64,000 nt of DNA from contig CAVVJT010000010.1 of assembly GCA_963748625.1 (NCBI GenBank), forward strand, positions 1,341,631 through 1,405,630. Direction: 5' to 3'. Numbering within the stretch: position 1 is the first letter of the stretch; every line of letters starts with the position of its first letter. Of this stretch, positions 10,826 to 19,509 are shown in pieces. Position numbers and translations under genes: made by a program. The notes under the pieces are model-generated. The model was not told the DNA's origin. It saw nothing but the letters and a program-made list of their open reading frames with translations, and ran no database searches. The DNA is from an uncultured Chloroflexia bacterium. GTDB taxonomy: Bacteria; Chloroflexota; Limnocylindria; Limnocylindrales; CSP1-4.

Positions 10826-10911
10826 TAGGACTATCGGCTCACCCGCTGTAAGTCCCAGCGTAAGGTGGCGGTGGGATCGTTGCCCGCCTAGGCTGCGGAG
10901 AGCAGCCCACC
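10826..10911 (+). promoter_or_regulatory. Promoter region of Tad cassette 4: tandem direct repeat plus TAGGCT -10
   Basis: TAGGACTATC, CTGTAAGT (10846), GCGTAAGG (10858), TAGGCT (10889); same spacing as cassette 3. Confidence 0.65.
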
Positions 10912-10935
10912 GCTTCGGGGGAACCGTCCACACCG

Positions 10936-11890
10936 ATGGCACACCAGCCGTCAGTCACCACGCGCCGCGCCAGCCTGCGCCCGGTGCCGCCGTCCCGCAA
11001 GGGGCGGCCGCGCTCCGGCCAGTCGCTGGTCGAGTTCGCGCTGGTCCTGCCGGTCGTGCTGCTCGTGGTCCTCGCCGGGCTCGACTTCGGCAGGGTCTTC
11101 CTGGGCTGGGTCGACCTGCACACCATGGCGCGCGTCGGGGCGAACTTCGCCGCTGAGAACCCCGAGGCGTGGAGCCAGAACTTCCCGGACGTGCTGGCCC
11201 AGGACGAGTATGAGCGCGAGCTCCAGCAGCAGGCCGAGGGCATCAACTGCACCCTTCCCGAGACCATCCCGCAGCCTTCGTTCCCGAACGGGCCCAGCGG
11301 CGTGAACAACATCGGCACCCCGGTCACGGTCGTGGTGACGTGCTCGTTCGAGATCCTCACGCCGCTGATCAGCGCGATCCTGCCGAACCCGCTCCCGGTG
11401 TCGGCGAGCGCGGCCTTCCCCATCCGCCACGGCGCGATCCTGGACATGCCGACGCCCACCCCGCTCCCGTGGTGGATCGATGACGACGACGCCAACGCCT
11501 TCTCCATCGCCGACGCCTTCCCCGTCGCCGACGCCGACACCGACGCCGACGCCAACACCGACGCCCGATCCCGGGATCACCCCGGCCCCGGGCGCGACGC
11601 CGACGCCGCTGCCCACGCCAACACCCACGCCATCGCCAACGCCGCCGCCGATGTGCCAGGTGCCCAACCTCGTGGGCTGGACCATCCAGAATGCCCCGTA
11701 CCGCTGGGGCCCCGGCAAGGTGACCGGCAAGGTCACGGTCATCGTCGGCAGCGGATTCACCACGACGCTGCTCTTCAACCCGCTCGTCGGCAAGAACGAC
11801 AAGGGCGACGTGTCGAGCCAGTCGGTGTTCCCCGGCCAGTCACTCCCGTGCAACTCGACAGCCATGACCGTGACGTGGGAGCCGAGGTGA
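10936..11890 (+). CDS. TadE-like pseudopilin with PT linker and PASTA-like domain, one frameshift near 11470 (cassette 4, gene A)
   Basis: SG|[11 protein letters not shown]; continues in ORF 11480..11890 (PTPTP...CQVPNLVG...VSSQSVFPG). Confidence 0.8.
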
Positions 11891-12393
11891 GCTCCGTCCG
11901 GCGTCCGCGCCGCGACCGGACCCGCGGCCAGGGGCTGGTGGAGTTCGCCCTGCTGGCGCCCGTGATGGTCTTCCTGATCATCGGGGCGGTGGACCTCGGC
12001 CGTGCGGTGGTCGCCCAGAACACCCTCGCGAACGCCGCCCGCCACGGATCCCGCGTCGCCGCGGTCAACCAGCTCAACCCGCCGGACGACGTGGACTCCT
12101 GCAACGAGGACATGCCGATCGAGCATCTCGACGAGCCGCACTGGTCAGCCCGTGCCTGCACCGCGTTCTGGGCGATCACGATGGACGTCGATCCGGCCGA
12201 CGTGAGCCTGACCTACGCTCCGCCGTCGGATGACACCATCACCTGCGCTGAGAGTCATCTGCACGTCGGCTGCATCGCGAGCATCTCCGTCTCAACGCGG
12301 TGGGAGGCAATCACGCCGGTCATCGCCTCCATCGTCGGTCCCATCGACCTGACGGCCACGTCCGAGCAGCCGGTGGAGCGGGTGTTCCCGTGA
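11887..12393 (+). CDS. TadE-like pseudopilin (cassette 4, gene B)
   Basis: GTGA overlap; RG|[11 protein letters not shown]...NAARHGSR. Confidence 0.85.
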   Translation: MSSVRRPRRDRTRGQGLVEFALLAPVMVFLIIGAVDLGRAVVAQNTLANAARHGSRVAAVNQLNPPDDVDSCNEDMPIEHLDEPHWSARACTAFWAITMDVDPADVSLTYAPPSDDTITCAESHLHVGCIASISVSTRWEAITPVIASIVGPIDLTATSEQPVERVFP

Positions 12394-13717
12394 GCGCGCG
12401 AGGCATCCCGATGCGTGCGGCGGCAGGACCCGGCCAGCGGGACCGGGCGCGCGGCCAGGCGCTGCCCATGATGGTCGTCGCCCTGATCGTCCTGATCGGG
12501 ATGACCGGCCTCATCGTGGACGGGGGCAACGCCTGGGCCAATGCCCGCGGCGTCCAGGCCGGCGCCGATGCGGCCGCCGAGGCCGGGGCGATCGCCCTGG
12601 CCCGCCGCCTCGCGGGTGCCAAGGTGCCGACGGGTGGATGGGACGCCAACGTGCGCACGGCGGTCAACGCAAGCGCCGCGGCCAACAACGTCGTCCTCCG
12701 CGAGGCGTACTACACCGATATCTGCGGCATCCCGCTCAAGGTCGACGGCAGCTCCAGCCTCAACGACGACGGCACGTACAAGTTCGACACTGCCCAGCCC
12801 GTGGGCTCCGGGCTGCCGGCGCCGACCAACACGACGCCCGACTGCCCGAGCCTTACGGTCGGCCCGGTCGCCGGCGTCATCGTCCTCGCGGGCAGGGACA
12901 TCGACACCTACTTCAGCGGTGTCCTTGGCCTGCGGACCATCGATGTCACCATGCAGGCAACGGCCGCCGCCGGCTTCCTCCAGGAGTCCTGCGCAGCGCC
13001 ACAGGGCGAGGCGTGCGGGATGCTGCCGATCGCGCTCCCGGTGACGCAGGTCACCTGTGACGGCTCGAACAACATCGAGGACACCGGGATCCCCTGGAGC
13101 GCGGATGCGGTCAGCGTGTACATCGTCCCGCTGTGCAAGAACGGGCCGGGCAACGTCGGCTGGGTCGACTGGACGCCCAAGGGAGGCGGCACCTCGGAGA
13201 CTGATCGCCAGCGTCGACAACCCGAGCAACCCGGCCGTCCCGCTGCCGTCGTGGCAGTTCATCGCGAGCGACCGGCAACCCCAATGCGAACGGCCTGGAG
13301 GAGGCGATCCGCCAGTACGACGGCCAGGTGGTGCTCGTGCCCCAGTTCGACCTGACCTGCAACCCGGGCCCCAACAACGATCCTGACAGCTCCGTCCCCG
13401 CGATCAACACCGCACCCAACTTCGGCTGCCCCGCAGGTGACCTGGGAGGCAACGGCTCGAACCAGTGGTACCGCATCCCGAGCTTCGCCCACTTCCGGCT
13501 CTGCGACGCGTCCAACGCACGCTGCCTGGCGATCGGCGCGGATCACGGCGCCTACATCAGTGGCAACTCCGGGCGTGACATCTGCGACACCGGCAACGGC
13601 GCGACCTCGTGCCTCATCGGCACCTTCGAGAGCGTGATCCGGACCGGGACGATCGGTGCCGGCTTCGGCGGCGGCACCGGCAACAGCAAGACGGTCGGGA
13701 TCCAGCTGATCAAGTAG
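12390..13717 (+). CDS. TadG-like protein, frameshifted near 13200-13280 (cassette 4, gene C)
   Basis: RG|QALPMMVV...IVDGG...QAGADAAAEAGA; GPGNVGWVDW; C-terminus in ORF 13328..13717. Confidence 0.82.
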
Positions 13718-14023
13718 CCCGACCGTCAACGGCCGCTGACCGGGCACGACGCTGTCACCTGTCGGCCGGTTCCGGCCTGGGCTGGGAAAGCAGCGGGCTC
13801 GCGGTCCGGCCAGGTCCCCCGGTTGGCCGGTGGATCCCCGCATCCGGTTCCGCGAAGGTTTGCCGGATCGGTTGTCGGCCGGTTGGGGGCTGGCGCTCGG
13901 TCTGCTCGTACCACGGACCGCGAGCCTCGCGTAGCCGTACCATCCGTCACAGCAGGAGGTCACGCGCAGAGTCCAACGTCCCGATTTTCCCGGGCATCCG
14001 GGAATGGGCAGCACGGGTGAGGG

Positions 14024-15727
14024 ATGACCGCACAGGCGAGGAAGCGGCGCGACACCGGCGTGGTGGCCGGCCTGGCGCAGTTGCGCGGCTACGACCGGTC
14101 CTGGTTCCGCGCCGACCTGCTCGCCGGTGTCACCGTGACGGCGTATCTCGTGCCGCAGTGCCTGGCCTACGCGGACCTCGCCGGCGTGCCGCCCGTGACC
14201 GGCTTGTGGGTGGCCGTGGTCGCCATGGTCACCTACTTCTTCCTGGGCACGTCCCGCCAGCTGTCGGTGGGGCCGGAGTCCGCGACGGCGATCATGGTGG
14301 CAGCCGCCGTGGCGCCACTCGCGGGCGGCGACGAGGCGCGCTGGATCGCGCTGGCGGCGGGCCTCGCCGTGATGGTGGGCATCATCTGCATCGGTGCCTG
14401 GGTCCTGCGCCTGGGGTTCGTGGCGGACCTGCTCTCCCAGCCGATCCTGCTGGGCTATATGGCCGGCGTCGCGGTGATCATGATCGCCTCGCAGCTCGGG
14501 ACGATCACCGGGATCACGCTCACGACCGGCCAGCCGATCTCGCGCGTGCTCGAGCTTGCCCCGCGCCTCGACGAGGTCAATTGGGCGTCCACCGCGCTGG
14601 GTTTCGCCGTCGTCGTGTTCCTGGTCGTCCTGCGCCGGATCAAGCCACTCGCGCCGGGGACGCTCATCGTGGTGGTGCTGGCGGGCGTCGCCGTCTGGGC
14701 GCTCGCCCTCGAGCAGCTGGGCGTGAAGATCGTGGGGCCGGTTCCGACCAGCCTGCCGGCGCCGTCGCTGCCCGCGATCTCACTTGCGGACATCTCCGCC
14801 CTGCTCGGTTCTGCGATGGCCATCACGTTCGTGGCGTACTCGGACGTGGCGCTCACCGGCCGGGCGTTCGCGGCCCGCACCGGCGAGACGATCGATCCCA
14901 ACCGCGAGTTCCTGGCCATGGGCGTGGGCAATGTCGTGGCCGGCCTGACCGGCGGCTTCGCGCTGTCGGCCTCCGGCTCACGCACGGCGATCATCGACGC
15001 GATGCGCGCGCGCAGCCAGGTCGTCGGCCTGGTGGCGTCTGCGGCGGTGATCTTCGTGGTGCTCGCCGTGCCGGGCCTGATCGCGTACATCCCGCGGGCG
15101 GCCCTGGGCGGCATCGTGATCTACGCCGCGCTCCGACTGATCGACGTCCATGGTCTCGTGAAGCTGGCGAAGTTCCGCACGTCCGAGTTCGCGCTGGCGG
15201 TGATCGCGTTCACGGGCGTGATCGTGTTCGACGTGCTGGCCGGAATCCTGGTGGCCGTCGGGCTGTCCGTGGTGGAGCTGTTCGCGCGGGTGGCCCGGCC
15301 GCCGGCCGCCGTGCTGGGGCGCGTGCCGGGCCTCGCGGGTCTGCACAACGTGGAGGACTACCCGGACGCCCAGACGATCCCTGGCCTGCTGGTCTTCCGC
15401 TACGACGCGCCACTGTGCTTCGCCAACGGGCAGGACTTCCGGACCAAGGCGCTCGCGGCCGTGGATGACCAGCCGGAGCCCGTGCAGTGGTTCCTGCTCA
15501 ATGCCGAGGCAATCGTTGAGCTGGACATGACCGCCGCCGAGGCGTTCCAGCAGCTGGTGAACGACCTGCGCAAACGCCAGATCGTGTTCTCGATGGCCCG
15601 GGTGAAGCAGGACCTGCGGGTGCAGCTGCTGCGGGGCGGGCTGCTCGACGTGATCGACGAGGAGCACATCTACCCGACCCTGCCCGTCGCGGTCGAGGGT
15701 TTCGAGCGCTGGAGCGAGCGCCGGTAG
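14024..15727 (+). CDS. SulP/SLC26 anion permease with STAS domain
   Basis: DLLAGVTV..YLVPQCLAYA, SRQLSVGP, SGSRT; STAS FRYDAPLCFAN. Confidence 0.95.
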   Translation: MTAQARKRRDTGVVAGLAQLRGYDRSWFRADLLAGVTVTAYLVPQCLAYADLAGVPPVTGLWVAVVAMVTYFFLGTSRQLSVGPESATAIMVAAAVAPLAGGDEARWIALAAGLAVMVGIICIGAWVLRLGFVADLLSQPILLGYMAGVAVIMIASQLGTITGITLTTGQPISRVLELAPRLDEVNWASTALGFAVVVFLVVLRRIKPLAPGTLIVVVLAGVAVWALALEQLGVKIVGPVPTSLPAPSLPAISLADISALLGSAMAITFVAYSDVALTGRAFAARTGETIDPNREFLAMGVGNVVAGLTGGFALSASGSRTAIIDAMRARSQVVGLVASAAVIFVVLAVPGLIAYIPRAALGGIVIYAALRLIDVHGLVKLAKFRTSEFALAVIAFTGVIVFDVLAGILVAVGLSVVELFARVARPPAAVLGRVPGLAGLHNVEDYPDAQTIPGLLVFRYDAPLCFANGQDFRTKALAAVDDQPEPVQWFLLNAEAIVELDMTAAEAFQQLVNDLRKRQIVFSMARVKQDLRVQLLRGGLLDVIDEEHIYPTLPVAVEGFERWSERR

Positions 15728-15789
15728 GCGGCTGATCCGGGGGCTGACGCGGCGGCTGATCGGGCTGGGCGCGACCCCTGACACCACTG

Positions 15790-15894
15790 GGAGTCACCAG
15801 CGCCTCCTCTGTGCACGGCCCGTGCATCAAACCCGGACCTCCCTGCACGCGCCCTGCAGACGCCACCCGCTCCTGACTCCTGGCCGGGTCAACG
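15790..15894 (+). repeat. Left copy of a 105-bp imperfect inverted repeat
   Basis: Aligns without gaps to the reverse complement of 16869-16973, with identical blocks GGAGTCACCAGCGCC and CCACCCGCTCCTGACTCC. Confidence 0.92.
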
Positions 15895-15948
15895 TGTCGG
15901 CATCGGTGGATCCGGGATAAGCCGCACATAAGGGGCACGGCCTACAAC

Positions 15949-16767
15949 GTGTCGATGGCAACCCTCCGCATCTCGCTCCTGTCGGTGTCGTTCGGTGCCG
16001 GCCTCGCGCCGCTGATCAAGGAGGCGCGGACTCTAACCGGCTGGACGCAGCGCGAGCTCGCGGACAACGCGAAAGTCTCGCAGGCACAGGTCTGGCGCCT
16101 GGAGTCGGCGCAGCCGGGCGCCCTCGACCTGGCCCGGGTCGAGCGCGTGCTCAGGGCCCTGGGCATCCGCGCGACCCTGGAGCTCGATAGCCGCCACCTC
16201 GTCGACCGCGAGCGGCAGCGCGATGCCCTGCACGTCCGGATCACCGGCTTCCTCGCCCGTCGGTTCCGGCGCCACGGCTGGCTGACCGCGACCGAGCTGC
16301 TGATCCCGGGCGAGCACGGCCCGCGCGGCTGGATCGACCTCGTCGCCTTCCGGGAGATCGACGAGACGCTGATCGTGGAGGAGACGAAGACGGAGCTGCC
16401 CGACATCGGCGCCCTGCAGCGGAGCCTCGCGTTCTACGAGCGGATGGCCTGGCGAGCGGTCGAGGTGCTCGGGTGGCGGCCGCGGCGGATCGTCGTGCTG
16501 TGTGTCGTGCTCGACTCGGACGCGGTCGCCGACCGGATCGTCGGTGCTCGCAGCCTCCTGCTCGATGCGTTCCCGGCCGACGTCGGCGCCACCCTGCGCT
16601 GGATCGAGGATCCCGCGGCGCCCGTTCCGACCGACTGGTGCCTGGCCGGGGTGGATCCGATGTCGAGGAGCCGGGCCTGGATCCGCGGGACCGACCTCCG
16701 CCGCCGCCGGCGCCGGCCGGTGTACCGGGACTACGCCGATGCGATGGCACGGATCGGGCGGCGCTGA
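15949..16767 (+). CDS. XRE-family HTH fused to a PD-(D/E)XK restriction-endonuclease-like domain
   Basis: WTQRELADNAKVSQAQVWRLES HTH; RGWIDLVAF...LIVEETKTE (D...ExK). Confidence 0.85.
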   Translation: MSMATLRISLLSVSFGAGLAPLIKEARTLTGWTQRELADNAKVSQAQVWRLESAQPGALDLARVERVLRALGIRATLELDSRHLVDRERQRDALHVRITGFLARRFRRHGWLTATELLIPGEHGPRGWIDLVAFREIDETLIVEETKTELPDIGALQRSLAFYERMAWRAVEVLGWRPRRIVVLCVVLDSDAVADRIVGARSLLLDAFPADVGATLRWIEDPAAPVPTDWCLAGVDPMSRSRAWIRGTDLRRRRRRPVYRDYADAMARIGRR

Positions 16768-16768
16768 T

Positions 16769-16839
16769 CCGCTGGCCGGGCCGCGAGCCGGCTGGCCCGC
16801 CGCGAGCCCGCTGGCCGGGCCGCGAGCCGGCTGGCCCGC
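16769..16839 (+). repeat. 32-bp direct repeat x2 (39-bp period)
   Basis: CCGCTGGCCGGGCCGCGAGCCGGCTGGCCCGC at 16769 and 16808. Confidence 0.9.
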
Positions 16840-16868
16840 TCCTGCCCCCTGACCCGCTCCCGACCCCC

Positions 16869-16973
16869 CGCTGACTCGGCCCGGAGTCAGGAGCGGGTGG
16901 TCCGTGCGGGCTGCGTGCAGCAAAGTCGGAGTTGGCGGTACGGACCGTGCGGGCATGGGGCGCTGGTGACTCC
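16869..16973 (-). repeat. Right copy of the 105-bp imperfect inverted repeat
   Basis: Reverse complement matches 15790-15894. Confidence 0.92.
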
Positions 16974-17061
16974 AGGCGGAGTCGGGGCGCCTGAGCGCCT
17001 GGGCCGGGACCGGGGACCGTCGCCTGGGCCAGGGCGCCTGGGCGAGGGCACCCGACAGCGC

Positions 17062-18588
17062 CTACTCCGGGCCCAGGTCGTACCCCATCCAGCGCGGCAG
17101 GCGAACCAGCCAGCGCAGCGGCGGCGGCACGTAGCCGGCCTCGTCGTCGCGCTGCTCCTTCGCCACGATCGACTCCCGGATCACGCGCGCGCCCAAGAAG
17201 CGGAACGGCTCGGGCGGGAAGCGCCGCGCGCGGTGCCCGACCAGCGGCAGGCGGGCGGCGGGATCGTCGAGCCTCACCTGCGCCAGCGCCGCCAGCACCT
17301 GGCCGCCCAGCCAGGACGGCCCGACACCCGTCCCGCTATAGCCGTGCCCGTAGTGGATCCGTCCGCCCTCGAGCGTCCCGAACGAGGGCAGGTGGTTGGG
17401 CGCGATGTCGATGGGACCACCCCAGGCATCCACCAGCCGCACGTCGTCGAGCATCGGGAAGTACCGCCGGAATCCGCGCGCGGCCAGCATCGCGGACCCA
17501 GGATCGTGCTCCACCCAGCGCCCCAGCCGCCCGCCGTAGCCCGCGCGGCCGCCACCGCCGCCGAACGCGATCCGCCCGTCATGCGTGGTCCGGAAGTAGT
17601 GGTTCGTGAAGCGGCAGTCCGTGATCCCCTGGCCGCCCGTCCAGCCGATCTCCGCGAGGCGCTCCGGGATCGGCTCGGTGATGACCATGTACGACGACCA
17701 CGTGATCATCCGCGACCCGAAGCCCGCCCCCGGCCAGCCGGCGGCCCAGGCGTTGACGGCCAGCACAGCATGCCCGGCCCGGATGGCCGGCCCCAGGGAG
17801 GTCGTCGCCCGCACGCCGTCGCCGTCGAGCCGCAGGTCGGCAACCCGCGTGTGCTCGTGGATGACGACGCCCCGGTCCAGCAGCACCTGGCGCAGGCCAC
17901 GGGCGAGCCGGGCCGGCTGAACCATCGCATCACGGGGGATGAGCATGCCGCCGCGCAGGACCGGGGAGGCGCAGATCCGCTGGACCTCCTCGCGCGAGAG
18001 GGCGCGGTACCTGTCCGCCACGCCCAGGTCCGCGGCGAGCTCCAGGATCGATGCCCATGCGTCGTCCTGGACCGGTGACCCGCTCGCGACGACCATCCCG
18101 CCTGCCTGCCACTTCGCATCCACCCCGTGACGCCCGGCCCACTCCCCGATCCAGCCGGCCACGCCGTCGAGCGCCATGGCCGCCTCGAGGCCCCGCTCCG
18201 GCCCGAAGTTCGCGACCAGCGCCGGGAGGTAGTCCCACCACGAGGTGAGGAACCCGCCGTTGCGGCCGCTTGCACCGCCGCCCACGATGTCGGCCTCGAG
18301 GATGACGACCCGCAGGTCCGGTGCCTGCTCGGTCAGCCACCACGCGGTCCACAGGCCGGTGAAGCCGCCGCCCACGATGACCACATCGGCCACGCCATCC
18401 CCGCCAGGCGGCGGACAGACGACGCCCGGATCGTCCGCGAGGGCGTCCCGCAGCCACCAGCCACGTTGCTCGCCCGGCCGGAGCACGGCCATGTCACGGG
18501 CCACCACGCGCCGGATGCGGGCCCGATCCCCGGGCCGCCGGTTCGGGTCCGGCGCAGGCGCGTGACGCGGCTTGGTGGCGGCCGGCAT
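17062..18588 (-). CDS. FAD-dependent oxidoreductase (DAO/PuuB-like)
   Basis: DVVIVGGGFTGL, GASGRNGG, GYSGTGVG. Confidence 0.9.
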   Translation of the reverse strand: MPAATKPRHAPAPDPNRRPGDRARIRRVVARDMAVLRPGEQRGWWLRDALADDPGVVCPPPGGDGVADVVIVGGGFTGLWTAWWLTEQAPDLRVVILEADIVGGGASGRNGGFLTSWWDYLPALVANFGPERGLEAAMALDGVAGWIGEWAGRHGVDAKWQAGGMVVASGSPVQDDAWASILELAADLGVADRYRALSREEVQRICASPVLRGGMLIPRDAMVQPARLARGLRQVLLDRGVVIHEHTRVADLRLDGDGVRATTSLGPAIRAGHAVLAVNAWAAGWPGAGFGSRMITWSSYMVITEPIPERLAEIGWTGGQGITDCRFTNHYFRTTHDGRIAFGGGGGRAGYGGRLGRWVEHDPGSAMLAARGFRRYFPMLDDVRLVDAWGGPIDIAPNHLPSFGTLEGGRIHYGHGYSGTGVGPSWLGGQVLAALAQVRLDDPAARLPLVGHRARRFPPEPFRFLGARVIRESIVAKEQRDDEAGYVPPPLRWLVRLPRWMGYDLGPE

Positions 18589-18606
18589 GGGCAACCCCTC
18601 GTGCGC

Positions 18607-19485
18607 TCAGGAGCCGGAGGAGTCGGGCCGCCCGCCGGCAGCCGGCCCTTCCCCTGCCCGCCGCACGTCGATGACGCTGCGCTCGAGATCCCCCAGCTTC
18701 GAGAGGAGCGCTTCGGTCTGCGCCTGCTGGGCGGTGATCATCGCCCGCAGCTCCGCGACCTGGGCCTCGGGCGCGGGCAGGGCCCGCTGGCGGCGGCGAA
18801 GGGGGCGCGAGGGGGCCAGGAAGGCGTTTGCGATGAAACCGGTCAGCACCGAGAACAGCGCGATCCCCGAGAAGAGGAGCACGGAACCCACGATCCGCCC
18901 GGCCTGGGTGACCGGGTACTGGTCGCCGTAGCCCACCGTGGTGACGGTCACGAGCCCCCACCAGACAGCATCCGACCCATTGGTGATGTTCGCGAGCGGG
19001 TCACCATCCTCCGCGTAGAAGACCGCGATCCCGGCAACCTCAACCACCACGATCACCAGGAACACCGTCAGCAGGAACGTCGCCTGGGCACGACTCGCGA
19101 GGATCTCCCGGACGACGTCCGGTCGGCCGATCTTGCGCATGATGCGGAGGACGCGGGCCACCCGCAGCAGCCGGAACACGCCGAGCATGGGCACGGCGCC
19201 GATGAGGTCCGCCCAGCCGAAGCCTCGCAGCAGGTACATGTGCCGGGGCCGGGTGGTGAGCACCCGGTAGGTGAAGTCGAACAGGAACAGCGGCAGCAGG
19301 AAGATGTCGACCGCCAGGGTCACCTGGGACACGATCCCGTCGAGCGGCATGAGGTACAGGATCGTGTTGGTGACGGACACGATCGACACCGCGACCATGA
19401 ACAACTCGTAGCCGGCGGTCTTGAAGTCGGCCGGGGGCAGGTAGACGGCCGACCGGGCTCCCTGGGCTCCTTGGGGTTCCTGCAT
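18607..19485 (-). CDS. Voltage-gated-type potassium channel
   Basis: S4-like FRLLRVARVLR; pore WWGLVTVTTVGYGD. Confidence 0.93.
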   Translation of the reverse strand: MQEPQGAQGARSAVYLPPADFKTAGYELFMVAVSIVSVTNTILYLMPLDGIVSQVTLAVDIFLLPLFLFDFTYRVLTTRPRHMYLLRGFGWADLIGAVPMLGVFRLLRVARVLRIMRKIGRPDVVREILASRAQATFLLTVFLVIVVVEVAGIAVFYAEDGDPLANITNGSDAVWWGLVTVTTVGYGDQYPVTQAGRIVGSVLLFSGIALFSVLTGFIANAFLAPSRPLRRRQRALPAPEAQVAELRAMITAQQAQTEALLSKLGDLERSVIDVRRAGEGPAAGGRPDSSGS

Positions 19486-19509
19486 GCGCTCCCTCAGGTG
19501 GCGGTCCCG

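Larger units (their letters stand above)
15790..16973. mobile_element. Candidate mobile element: XRE-HTH/PD-(D/E)XK gene between long inverted repeats
   Basis: A single gene enclosed by 105-bp IRs, lying between convergent unrelated genes; no known transposase and no clear TSD. Confidence 0.5.

Noticed and set aside
10936-12393. 485-aa ORF with two TadE motifs as a natural double-pilin fusion
   Set aside because: Artefact of one frameshift near 11470; the corrected frame stops at 11890 with a GTGA overlap, as in the other cassettes
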